Positions 51,214 through 63,544 of a stretch of 64,000 nucleotides of DNA are shown piece by piece (within the stretch, counting starts at the first letter, position 1; every line of letters begins with the position of its first letter). Under the pieces are notes generated by a model. The model searched no databases. It was given only the letters and a program-made list of their open reading frames with translations, and was not told the DNA's origin. The DNA comes from Malacoraja senta (Eukaryota). The stretch is taken from NCBI GenBank assembly GCA_038087875.1, contig JAXLNO010000357.1:124001-188000 (forward strand), read 5' to 3'. The position numbers were made by a program, and so were the translations under genes.

Positions 51214-54200
51214 TGGCTGGAGCCCATCCAGCCAAGAAAACTAGCAATGGAGAAAAAGATCAGCGGAAGAAAACCTCGCGTGAAATGGCCTGGAGCCTCG
51301 GAGAAGAAAGAATGGGAGACCATAAATGCAGACCTGACCAGTATCTTACAGGGTGTAAGGGGTACAGTTGAAAGAAAGCTTGACAAGATGAGGGGCATCA
51401 TCTATGGCTATGGAGCAGAACGATAAGGGAGAAAAAGGAAAAGACACCAGCTTTGGAAAGCAAGTCCAGACGGCAAAAGGAGATGGAATGCCTAATCCAG
51501 GAGAGAAGGCAGCTCAAGAAGCAGTGGAGGAAGGCATCTGATAGTGAGAAGGAGGGCATCAACATTCTCCAGGGAAACATCAAAAACCGTTTAGTAACCC
51601 TGAGACGAACAGAGTACCTGTGGAAATCACGAAAAAACAAAGAACGAACAAGATCACGCTTCTTCAAGGACCCCTATGTTCATAAAATCACTTTTCATCA
51701 AAGAAAAGGGAGGAAACCTGAAAACATCAAGGCAGGAGCTGGACGAGCATCTGGAAAGAATGCATGCGGATGACGAGAGACACCAGAAAAGTGGCTTGGG
51801 AGAAGAGAGTCATACCCAAAGCATGGCGCAGAGCAGGAAGAATCCTGATTCCGAAAGAGAAGGAATCCACAGATATCAGCCAATTCCACCCTATCAGTCT
51901 CCTCAATGTAGAGGGTAAGATTTTCTTCAGCATCATAGCTCAGAGGATGACCAGCTATTTAGAGAGAAACAACCTTGTGGATACAACAGTCCAAAAAGCA
52001 GGCATCCCAGGGTTCTCTGGATGGCTCGAACATACCAGCATGATTTGGCACCAAATCCAGACTGCAAGAAAAGAGAAGAGAGATCTGCATGTCATTTTCC
52101 TTGACCTTGCCAATGCGATCGGAACTGTCCCTCACAGTTTCCTCTGGGCATCCTTTGACTTCTTCAGGATACCAGAGACTATCGCAAGCTTTGTCAAGGC
52201 TTATTTTCAAGATCTGCAGCTCTGTTTCACCACGCCTGACTTCACGACCACATGGCACTGCATGGAGATTGGCATTATGGCGGGGTGTACCATCTCCCCA
52301 TTGATTTTTACAATAGCTATGGAAGTCATCATAAGGGCCTCCAAGTGGGTAGTGGGTGGCGGGCGGCTGAGGTCTGGAGTCCATCTACCACCCATCAGGA
52401 CCTACATGGATGACATGACAATCATAATAACATCAGCACCTTGCACCAGGCGCCTTTTAGGAAAGCTTCAAGAGAACATCACTGGGGTCAGAATGAAATT
52501 CAAGCCATCCAAATCAAGAAGCATTTCTATAATCAAAGGCAAACTGACAGATCAAAGATTCTTCATTGATCAAGAACCTATTCCAACTGTGTCAGAGAAG
52601 CCAATCAAAAGTCTGGGAAGATGGTATAACTCTAAACTGAAGGACACTGATCAGGCTAACGAGTTTAGGCAAGAAGTCATCAAAGGTCTGGCGAACATCG
52701 ACCGATCCATGCTGCCTGGAAAGCTGAAAATCTGGTGCCTGCAGTTTGGGTTACTACCTCGCCTTATGTGGCCACTAACCAAAGGACAAAGGACATGGGA
52801 CATTTATTGTCACATACACCAATTGGTGTAGTGAAATTTTACTTGCCATGCAGCACACAGATAAAGCTAAGACACAACATTAAAGAATTTAACAATAAAC
52901 ATAAAAACATCCCCCCACAATGGTTCCCACTGTGAGGGATGGCACAAAGTCCAATCCCCATCCCCATGTCCACCCATAGTCGGGCCTATTGAGGCCTCCG
53001 CAGTCGCCGCTAAGGCGGCCCGATGTTCCAGGCCGTTCTCGCCGGATGATGGTGCTCCGGCGTCGGAGGAATCCTCACAGCGGCTTGGGACACCTGGAGC
53101 GGACGCTTCCTTACTGGAGACCGTGGCTTCCGAAGCCGGCAGGCCACGCTGGATGGAGCTCCACCACTGGTGATCTCGGCGAGAGATCCCAGGCTCCCGA
53201 TGTAAAGTTCAGCGCCGCCGCCCGCGGCTGGCCGCTCCACAGTCCCGCAGCTCTGCGATGATTCATCGGCGGTCTTCAGCTCACCGGAGTTCCAGCGCGG
53301 CGACCCGGGCAAGGCATCGCCCGCTCTGCTCCGCGATAGCGCTCCAACGCTGTGCTGCCGCCGAAGCCGAGGTTCTGGCCGCTCCCCTCAGGAAACGCCG
53401 CTCCAGAACCGCTGGTAGGCCGCGAGGACGGGTCGAAAGTGCAGCCCGGAGAAAAGCTGCCTCTCCGACCAGGTAGGGACCCTGAAAAGTAGTTTCCCCC
53501 TTTCCCCCCCCCTCCACCCCCACATAAAAAAAGACTAGAGCTCCGAAAACAAAAACTCAACTAACTAAAAATAAAAAAAATAAAAACGGACAGCTGCAGG
53601 CTGGGCAGCCATACCCGTACAGGACGGCGCCCCCGGAGTATGTATGTATAGCCCGGGTGATGCAACCATGTATGACATCACCCTCACAAGAGTCAAGAAG
53701 ATAGAAAGAACAATCAGCTCTTTCATGAGAAAGTGGTTAGGTGTTCCTCGGTGCCTGAGCAGCGTAGGCCTGTATGGTCAGGGTATACTCCAGCTGCCTC
53801 TCTCTAGTCTCACAGAGGTGTTCAAGTGCACTAAAGTCAGACTAGAGATGACCCTGGCAGAATCAAGGGACACTGTCATCCGAGCTGCTGCTCCAACCCT
53901 GGCAACAGGAAAGAAGTGGACGGCTAAGAATGCGACACAGCAGGCAAAATATGCTCTCCACCAAGGCGACATGGTAGGGCAAATCCAACACGGAAGAAGT
54001 GGCTTGGGGCTTGGTGGAAAGCGACCTTGCTGGAACAAGGCATCATCACTGGAGCGCCGGAAGTTGGTCGCGGCCGAAGTCCGCCGACAGGAGGAGTTGA
54101 GTAGGTGTGCCAAGGCTGTGTCGCAAGCTAAACAGGGCCAGTGGATGAGATGGGAGAGTGTGGAAAAGAGGAAGATCAGCTGGAAGAACACGTGGGAGAT

Positions 54201-55190
54201 GGAGGCGAGCAGGATAAGTTTCCTCATTCGGGCAACCTATGGTGTCCTTCCTAGCCCAAAAAATCTCAACCAATGGCTGGGCGAAGATCCATCATGCCCC
54301 CTGTGTTCAACACCAGCCACACTTAGGCACATCCTCATTGGGTGTAAAGTAAGCCTCTCCCAAGGACGGTACACCTGGAGACATAATCAAGTGCTCAAAT
54401 GCCTGGCAGCGACTCTGGATCGCAGGAGAACAACCTACAATGCCCTGCCGCCCAGAACAACCAACCCAGTTAAGACAATTGCCTTTGTTCGGGGGGGGGG
54501 GGGGGGGGGGAACAAAGGCAATGGAAAATTCCACCAAGGACCAGGTTTGGACAGCTGGAGGCAGCCCGGGATTGGCAGATGCTGGTGGATGTGGACCAAC
54601 GGCTTACAGTTCCATCAGAGATAGCCATCACCAACTTGAGGCCTGATCTTGTGCTCTGGTCGAACTCTCAGCACATGGTGTATTTTGTGGAGCTCACAGA
54701 CCCTTGGGAGGATGCTGTGCAGGAAGCCTTCGAAAGAAAGGAACTGCGATATACAGAGATTGCAGCGGAGGCAGAACAGCGGGGCTGGAGAGCTAAGATC
54801 CGCCCGGTAGAAGTTGGATGTCGAGGATTTGTAGCAACATCTACCTTAAAACTGATGAAGGACCTGGGGATCAGCGGACAAGCCCTACGCCAGGCCATCA
54901 AAGAAACATCACGGGTGGCAGAGCGGAGTAGCCAAATAACCGACTACACCGATGCAGAGGGGGGTGGTTCTGGGACGCCAGAATGCACCGCTGAGCCTAC
55001 TGGAGACGTCATGGTTTCAATCAGTGAAACGTCGATGAAAGTAGGTGCCCCAATGATAACCCCAATGATGTGTCTGCCTAGCCTTTCTCAACATCGGAGG
55101 AGCCTAGGCGAGTGCAGAAGGCTCCCATCACCATCGGGAGTGATATTTGGCACTTTGGACTTTTAACATCTAGTCCTGTGCATTTGTAAA
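51214..55190 (+). mobile_element. HERO-like RLE non-LTR retrotransposon (RT, CCHC finger, RLE), 5'-truncated, frameshifted and interrupted
   Basis: PISLLNVEGKIF, QKAGIPG, FLDLANA, GIMAGCTISP and YMDD RT motifs; CPLC...HILIGC...RH; LRPDLVLWS / ELTDPWE / PVEVGCRG RLE. Confidence 0.92.
52782..53663 (-). mobile_element. GC/CpG-rich non-coding retroposon (SINE-like) nested in the HERO ORF
   Basis: Splits WPLT|MYDIT and has an aacca duplication (52777-52781 / 53664-53668). The minus-strand tail ...gtgacaataaa(tgtcc)n is related to tails at 41670-41720 and 14857-14917. Confidence 0.75.
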
Positions 55191-55694
55191 CATTCCTAGA
55201 TTGTCTTATGGACCATCAGGAAAAAGTTTAACCTTGACTTGGCATTGGTTGTAACATGACTGCAGTGGCTGTGGTATGCAAGCAAACTGCAATATCTATA
55301 TAACTAAAAGTCTCATCTTGACCACTTCCTGTTTGCGCTGTATATTGATTTTAGAAAAAAACGCTACCATATATTGCTATGATTTTTGGCCATCATACTC
55401 ACAGTCCTCCTCCGCTGAGGCAGCCCTGAGGATTTTTCTGATCGATTAAAAATAAAGTTATGAGTGTTTAAAAAATCTTGAGATCAGCTGATTGGTCCTC
55501 TCGCCTGTCAATCACCATGATGAAGGTAACGCCCCCTCCTGGGGGGGCAGGACTATAAAACCCAGGATGCCTGGACGTGAGTCAGTAACTCTGGAAGATC
55601 GCGAGGGAGAGGCCAGGACTGTGATTCTAAGGTGTGAATCAACTGAACTGTGAGTCAGCAATGTACTTGCAATAAATAATTTGTTACCCCTTAA

Positions 55695-56340
55695 TGAAAA
55701 TGAAATGAGTTGTTTGGCCTGCCCTGGGCTTAAAACTGCAATGGAAATGAAATGAAAATGCAATGAGCTGTTTGGCCTGCCCTGTGCCTGAAACTGCAAT
55801 GGAAATGGAAATGAAATGAAAATGCAATGAGCTATTTGGCCTGCCCTGTGCTTGAAACTGCAATGAAATGGAAATGAAATGAAAATGCAATGAGCTGTTT
55901 GGCCTGCCCTGTGCTTGAAACTGCAATGAAAATTGAAATTAAATGAAAATGCAATGAGTTGTTTGGCCTGCCCTGTGCTTGAAACTGTAATGGAAATGGA
56001 AATGAAATGAAAATGCAATTTGTTTGGCCTGCCCTGTGCTTGAAACTGCAATGGAAATGGAAATGATATGAAAATGCAATGAGTTGTTTGGCCTGCCATG
56101 TGCTTGAAACTGCAATGGAAATGGAAATGAATTGAAGTGAAAATGAAATGAGTTGTTTAGCCTGCCCTGTGCTGGAAACTGCAATGGAAATGGGAATGGA
56201 AATGAAATGAAAATGAAATGAGTTGTTTGGCCTGCCCTGTGCTTGAAATTGAAATGGAAATGAAATGAGTTGTTTGGCCTGCCCTATGCTTTAAAGTGAA
56301 ATGGAAATGAAATGAAATGAGTTGTTTGGCCTGCCTGAAA
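55695..56340. repeat. ~60-bp tandem repeat (about 11 units) inside the Helitron
   Basis: Unit ~ gttgtttggcctgccctgtgcttgaaactgcaatg(gaaat)n gcaatga. Confidence 0.95.
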
Positions 56341-56751
56341 CCATTAATTTCGGCCCACAAGGCCCCTATTAGCCGAGAATCCTGTCCCTTTTGCCCCAAA
56401 TGCCCGTATTAGCCCAGGAGGAGCATTTTGGCCCAAAAGGCCCGTGCCAGTCCAGAAAAAGCGCCTTTCACTGAGATTTCACTCAGATTTTTTTTTAAGA
56501 GCCCCTTCGGCCCATCAGGCCTGTACTACACAGGAGTCCCTTCAGCCCATCAGTAAGTATTCCCCCTGCAAGTATTAAACCTCACCCCAGTATTTTTCTC
56601 CCTCCCTTCATTGGCTCCCTGTGAGATCCAGGCCAGGATAGACTTTCCTCCTTCATTGCTGTGATCTGCGGAAAAATATGAAAAATGGCTAAATTTTAAT
56701 CTCCACCCTCTCCCTCTTCTCTCTCACAGACTTTCTCATCTGTTTTGAGAA

Positions 56752-56870
56752 CAGGCCTGAGTGACTGAGCTGCCAGCCCACCAGGCCTGAGTGACCAAGC
56801 TGCCAGCCCACCAGGCCTCAGTGACTGAGCTGCCAGCCCAAAGGGCCTGAGTGATTGAGCTGCCAGCCCA
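56752..56870. repeat. 30-bp tandem repeat (4 units) inside the Helitron
   Basis: Unit caggcctgagtgactgagctgccagcccac. Confidence 0.92.
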
Positions 56871-57296
56871 AGAATCCATTCGGCCCACAATGTCCATACT
56901 AGCCCCCCCCCCCCCCCCCCACACTCACTGGCCACCAATATTGGAATTGGTGCAGAGATGGAATATTGCATTGGGGGACCAGCCCTCCCGTGTGAACATG
57001 GGACCCAATGGGTCCCACTTAGTCCAGTACTTATTAAAAGTGGTTTCATGCCTTTAGTTAGACAGTGCTTTGAATGACCTGTATTTGAATTGCACAACAT
57101 GGAATGCAAATTCCAAATTGTGATGTGAGTTTAAATTTAGACAATTATCTTAATGAAAAGGAAACCCATTTCCCCTTTAAGTCCATCAAATGTGTTTGCA
57201 AATTCACAGAGCTCTAGGGCCTTCCTGTCCTAATTTTCACCTGCTCAAAGTTTTTAACTTCCTAAAGGCAAAGACTTCTTTGATTTACATTTTAAA

Positions 57297-57602
57297 ATTT
57301 AGAGATTTTTAGACTTTAGAATACAGCGTGGAAACAGGCCCTTTGGTCCACCATCCAAGCCGACCAGCGATTACTCCCTACACGAGCATTATCCTACAAA
57401 CTGGGGGCAATTTACAATTTTACTGAAGCCACTTAACCGGAAAACCTGCACATCTTTGGAGTGTGGGAGGAAACCACAGCTCCCGGAGAAAACCCACAAG
57501 GTCACAGGGAGAACGTATAAAGTCCGTGCCGACAGTACCCGTAGTCAGATCAAACCTGGATATCTGAGGCTGTAAGGCATCAACTCTACCAATGTGCCGC
57601 CC
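57297..57602 (-). mobile_element. HE1-like SINE
   Basis: Same structure as 29255-29549. Confidence 0.78.
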
Positions 57603-58086
57603 CAAAAGAATATGATGAACAATGATTTTCTTTCCGTTCACAAACTCCCCTGGAAATTCAAATCTATAGAAAAGAACGCAGCGTGGTCCGGAATTATTGA
57701 TGTGCTTTGCTTACAGCATGACTCAAACTTGGCCTCCTTTACTCCACCAACTCCACAGGTTCCCTGAATATCCATGTCATGTAATTATTTGTTATAAAGC
57801 ACTGAACTGCTTTTTCTTTCTACCTGTTTAAGTGGAGCTAATGCAATTTATGTTACAGCCAATGCATTATGACTTTCTTTATTAAAAATAAAATTGAAAA
57901 GGATATTTATTTCGCATTTCAAATATTGAGTAATATAGAATATGTTCATGCTAAACAAACAGCAGTTCAGTGTGGCATGATGTAGGTGTGAAAATGTAAA
58001 GATGATGAAATATTTCAGATAATTGTATGTGAAGCTATGCCAAGAAGCATTTCAATATAACTCAGACCTGAACTTATTTTCTGAAA

Positions 58087-58292
58087 TGTGTAGGAAGGAA
58101 CAGCAGATGCTGGTTTAAACCAAAGATAGACACAAAATGCTGGAGTGACTCAGAGGGACTGGCAGCATCTCTGGAGAGAAGGAATGCGTGATGTTTCGGG
58201 TCGAGACCGTTCTCGATCCGAAACATCACCCATTCCTTCTCTCCAGAGATGCTGCCTGGCCCGCTGAGTTATGCCAGCATTTTGTGTCAATC
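58087..58292. repeat. Inverted pair of Penelope-terminal units
   Basis: The minus unit (58087-58208) directly abuts a plus unit (58211-58292). Confidence 0.8.
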
Positions 58293-59000
58293 TCCTATTT
58301 TCGAAAGGTTTGTCTAGTATATTTTACCATGGAGAAATCTTTGTCACAGTGGTACCAAGACCTTGCAGTAAGGTAAATCAGAATTTAGTATGGAACAAGA
58401 AAATTGACTCACTGAATTGAGTTGGCAGTCTATATAACAGCAGATGATCTAAATATATATTTTTGGCCTCATGAGTATAAGGCCTTACAACTGCATAAAG
58501 GACCAGTAATAAAGATCATGAATTTTTTCTAAATCATTTTATTTTATAGGACATGCAAGACATAAGATTTATAATTTATGATCTTGCGAGGAATGCTCCT
58601 CCAATACAATGCATATTTCTGTCGCATTGAACGACTTTCAATGTAACAACACGTCACAAACTGGCTAAGTTTTACGAATAAGTATAACTCGCTTTTCATC
58701 CTTATAAAAGAATGGGGCAGACTTTCAACTCGCTGCCCAGATGTGAAGTCAGCATTACAAATTGTCCAGCTGTCACTGAAATCAGCCCATTTTCGCTGTT
58801 CACACTTGGGGCTATTTCTTTAATAGGCAACTGATTGGCAATCATGGTGATAACACCCATCCCAACATCTCAGACTTCTCCTGTTCCTTCACCCATAAAA
58901 CAACAAGCCAGAGGCAGTTTGGAAATAAGGCCTTCTCGGCTCTTTGCAATCGAAGTAGGTTATAAGTATAAAGGGAAACCACAGCAGAGATACTGGCATG

Positions 59001-62000
59001 CAGAATTCTATCATTGTGATAAATTATTATAACCCCTGTCAACCATTGATATTGTCAGATTTTGATGAGATAATGGAGAAGGTAAGGTGTCCTGTTATAT
59101 TGATTGGAGATTTTAATGCGCATAATCCTTTATGGGGTAGTGATCACAGGGATAAAAATGGTGTTATTGTTGAAGAATTTCTAGACAAGTATGAGTTGGT
59201 ATTGTTAAATGATGGAAGGCCGTCTAGCTATAATATTGTGAGAAACACCTGCAGCCACATAGATTTATCAATTGCTTCATCAAATTTAGCAAGAATTGGT
59301 GAATGGGATGTAATGGATAGATATACACTGGGTAGTGATCATTATCCAATTTTATGTAGGTTTGGTAGGGATTTGAGGAGAGAAGTGGAAAAGAAAGTCC
59401 CTAGATATAACTTTTATCAGGCCAAATGGGATAAATTCCAAGAGAAGGCTCAAAGTTTAGTTGGAGAGGTTAATAGTGAGGGTTCTGTAGATAGTTGGAA
59501 TACTTCCATTAGTCTCATGATTCATGAGGCAGCTTGTTGTACTATTCCTGTGAAGCAGGAACTTAGGTCCCGTATGTCTGTTCCTTGGTGGAATAAAGAA
59601 TGTGATGAAGCTGTAAGGAATAGGAATATAGCCTATCGAAAATTAAGAAAGTATCCAATTTTGGTCAATGCAATGGAGTACAAGCGGCTAAGGGCATTAG
59701 CAAGACGAGTTGTAAAGGATGCAAAGAGGAATAGTTGGAGGAAGTTTTGTGGTACGCTAGGCCCGGAAACTCCAGTAAGGCATTTGTGGTCAGCTGTGCG
59801 TAGAATGTCAGGAGTATATAAAAGAAGTTTGTTACCAGTGTTGCAGAAGGGTGAGGTGGTAGCAGTCACCAATAAGGAAAAAGCAGACATGTGTGTTGAC
59901 AGTTTTCAAGCAGTGCATAGATCAGAGAGCATGGGAGTGGAGAGGTGTAGAAAGAGAACCGAGATGATGGCAGTTAATCAGTGGAAGCTGGAGAGGAGTT
60001 TAGTAAATGATAATACCTTTAATCTGTTTTTTACCATAAAAGAGTTGAAGGATGCAATTATGTCTGGGGCAAATACCACCCCGGGGAGAGATAGGTTGTC
60101 GTATGAGTTATTTAAACATCTGGATGATATTGTACTTGATGAAATCTTAGCTTTGTTTAATACTGTGTGGGCAGAGGGTTATTTACCAAAGGAATGGAAA
60201 CATGCAGTCGTGGTCCCTATTTTAAAACCGGGCAAAGAGGCATCTGACCCTAGTTCATATCGCCCTATAGCGCTCACAGCAGTGCTCTGTAAAATTATGG
60301 AGAGGATGGTAACCAACAGACTAGTTTATTTTTTAGAAACCAGAGGACTATTTGTTGATGTACAGAATGGCTTTAGGAATGGAAGGTCTACAATGGAGTC
60401 TGTATCGGTTTTGGATCAGGATATTAAAAGGGCATTTAGAAGCAAGGAAACAGTAGTGAGTGTATTCCTTGATATTGAGAAGGCATATGATTCTTTGTGG
60501 AAGGAGGGATTAATGATTAAAATTTTTGACTTGGGAATCAGGGGACGAATGCTCAACTGGATTAAGGATTTTTTATTGAATAGAACAATACAAGTAATGG
60601 TTGGTAGTGTCAGATCGGAGTCTGTAGAAATAGAGAATGGAACCCCGCAGGGAAGTGTTATCAGTCCAGTTTTATTTAATATCATGATAAATGACATATT
60701 TTGTAAATTAGAGAGAGGATTTGGTCTGTCTTTGTTTGCAGATGACGGGGCCATCTGGAAAAGAGGTTGTAATGTAGAGTTTGTTTTAAAACAGATTCAA
60801 AGAGTGTTAGTGTCTGTAGAGGAATGGGGGAACACATGGGGCTTTAAAATCTCTGCCTCTAAGACTAAATATATGGTATTTGGTTTTAAAAGAAAGTTAC
60901 CTAAGTTAGGGCTGTATATGTATGGGTCTCTATTGGAGAAGGTAAAGGTTTTTAAGTTTTTGGGTGTTTGGTTTGAAGAGCGTATGACTTGGGCTGTGCA
61001 TGTAGGTAAAATTGTGTTGAAGTGTGAAAAAGTTCTGAATGTTATGAGAAGTCTGGTTGGGTGTGAGTGGGGGGCCAACAGGGAGACAATGCTGCTAATT
61101 TATCAGGCCATGATCAGATCTTCTCTTGACTATGGGTGTTTTGTGTATGGGTCTGCATCTAAAACTGTTCTGGCTAGGCTAGATGTGTTGCAGGCAAAGG
61201 CTTTGAGGCTTTGCTGTGGAGCCTTCAGGACTTCCCCAGTCCCTGCCCTGATTGTTGAAATGGGAGAAATGCCCTTATGGTTAAGGCGCATTAAGCTAGG
61301 GTTACATTACTGGGCTAAACTTTGTGGGTGTAATGATACCTTCCCAGCAAGGTGTTTGTTGCAAGAGGTTGATGATGGTAACAAATATAACACATTTTTT
61401 GTCATTATAAATCAGTGGGCTAGGAAGCTGGGTTTGGAACAAGGGGGTATTATAGAGCATACAATAAGGCTACCTGTGCCCTATTGGGTTCTTCCTGAAC
61501 TGTTTATTGAGCTTGCTTTTCTTCAGGAAAAAGATAAGCGCGAGGTGACTCCAAGAATAGTGGAATATCTTAATTCAATCAGTGAGAGTACTTTGATTGT
61601 TTTTACAGATGGATCTAAAGATCCAGTTAGTGGGAGAGCTGGGTTTGGAGTGTATGTGGAGCAGCTTGGGTTGAAGATTGGCCGGCGCATTTCTGATGGA
61701 AGTTCTGTTCTCACGACTGAATTAATGGCAATTCAATGGGCTCTATGGTGGATTGAGGAAGCCAGTTTTAGAGGTAATTATCTGTTCTGATTCTGCAGCT
61801 GCTCTTGAAACATTAAGAGTAGGGAAATCTAAAGCTCGTCCTGACATTCTAAATGAAATCTTGAGTGTGTTTTCTAGAATTGGGTTTGCGTGTAACATCA
61901 CTTTTTGCTGGGTTCCCGGGCATGCTGGGGTGAGGGGGAATGAGCAGGTGGACCTCATAGCAAAGGAGAGTTTAAGAAGAGAAATAGATATCCATGTATC

Positions 62001-62531
62001 ATTGGGGAGAGTGGAACTGAGAGAAAAAATTAAAGAGGGCTTAACAAAAGAATGGCAGAGAGGATGGGAAATGGAAGTCAGGGGTAGACACTACTTTTCT
62101 ATACAATCTGAAGTTAGGAAAATATGTTTCTGTACATCTCTGTCCCGTAGGGACTCAGTTAAACTGTGTAGATTGAGGTTGGGACACTGTGGGTTAAATT
62201 ACTATTTGTGCATTGTAGGGAAACATGTTTCTGGCTTGTGTGAATGTGGGAGTAATGAGACAGTTAAGCATGTTTTCCTAGAATGTAAAAAGTATAGGGT
62301 AGAAAGAAAAGTATTGTTTGTTAGACTGACAGGACTTGGAGTTGAGGCTTTTTCTGTTTTATCTTTGTTTGGACACAATGAGAAACATCAACTGATATCC
62401 AGGGCTGTTCTTCAATTCCTGCAAGTTACAGGACTGTATGTAAGAATTTAGTTCAAACTTTGACCTGTGGAGGGCAGTAATATGCTTAGCAGCGTCTACA
62501 CTGCCGGAATCCTACAAGAAGAAGAAGAAGA
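59001..62531 (+). mobile_element. I-group (Nimb-like) LINE, 5'-truncated in the endonuclease; EN-RT-RNaseH-CCHC almost intact
   Basis: GDFNAH, GSDHYPI, SYRPIAL, LDIEKAYD, GTPQGS, FADD, FTDGSK, ICSDS, WVPGH and CECG...HVFLEC motifs. One frameshift near 61765, a (GAA)n tail, and a 13-bp TSD agatactggcatg (58988-59000 / 62532-62544). Confidence 0.93.
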
Positions 62532-63544
62532 AGATACTGGCATGAAGCAAGTATCCCCATTTAACAAATGAAGTTATTCCCTGGTCCTGTTCTATTGCAG
62601 TTTGTGGCATAAGAATTAAGATTTGACTTTGCATTGATGCGAACTACACATCGTTATTCAGTAAAATGTCACCTACATCTGACCCTGGGAAGTGAAGGGG
62701 TCACCTAATAATACTATTTAAAAGATTATTCAGAATTTTGAAAATATTTTAGCTTACTAATTATCACAGACAAGTTGCTAACATTAACATGCAACCAGCA
62801 CTCAAAATTATGCATCTGCTTGTTTTACCCAAACAGTGGGTAATGCAGAATTAACAGTATATTTTGTGTCAGGCAGTCTTCCTATGATGACACATTTCAC
62901 ACTAAGGCACACCCTATGATTTATGTCCAATATATGCATTATAAGCAGTTAAACCATGAGAATTTGTCTTAAGATTTCCTTAGCTGAACATTCTGAAGTT
63001 AGTCGTTGGAATCAAACAGTACTCCAGGGTGAAGGATTTAATAGCATCTGATGTTGTGGCCCGTTTCCAATCCCACCCATGCTCATTCACCTTTCACAGT
63101 AAATTTTGATGCCTTCAAAGAATTCAATTATTAAACTGCACACAAAAAAGTGATCAATGAGGTGCAAATTCACAGAAAATAAATATGTCCTTGCTAACTA
63201 TTAAATGTCATAAAATCTAAAATAGCCCTTAACAAAATACCAAAAGGTTGATAGTTTGTGCCAGATCCAGGCAACTTCTGTTGGTGTGTAGGCCAGATGA
63301 ACGGTTATTCTCCAAGGCTTAATGAGTTAATAAGGATGTACAATGCCCACAACCATTACTAACAGGCATCTAAGTTTATTTACCAGTGATTCACCTGCAG
63401 CTAATAATGGACAAAATGTCCTCAATTTGTTGTACTTTACCAGCAGACCATTAGAAACACTCCACTTGCTTATGAACAAAAGAAACAATATTGAATCTGT
63501 TATAAGGAATAAACTGGAGCTCATTCTGTACGTGTGTGTTGCAG

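Larger units (their letters stand above)
55295..57027 (+). mobile_element. Non-autonomous Helitron
   Basis: Inserted between A and T, with 5' TC(TATATAACTAAAAG). A 3' hairpin TGGGACCC-AAT-GGGTCCCA (56999-57017) is followed by CCAG, a variant of CTAG. No TSD. Confidence 0.8.

Noticed and set aside
52989..53560. Several overlapping Arg/Ala/Pro-rich ORFs
   Set aside because: Expected from the high GC content of the nested repeat; no recognisable motifs.
55695..56340. Regularly spaced repeats resembling a CRISPR array, and the repetitive ORFs 55512-56399
   Set aside because: The intervening sequences are variants of the same (GAAAT)n unit rather than unique spacers. There are no cas genes and the context is eukaryotic. 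The ORFs are by-products of the tandem repeat.
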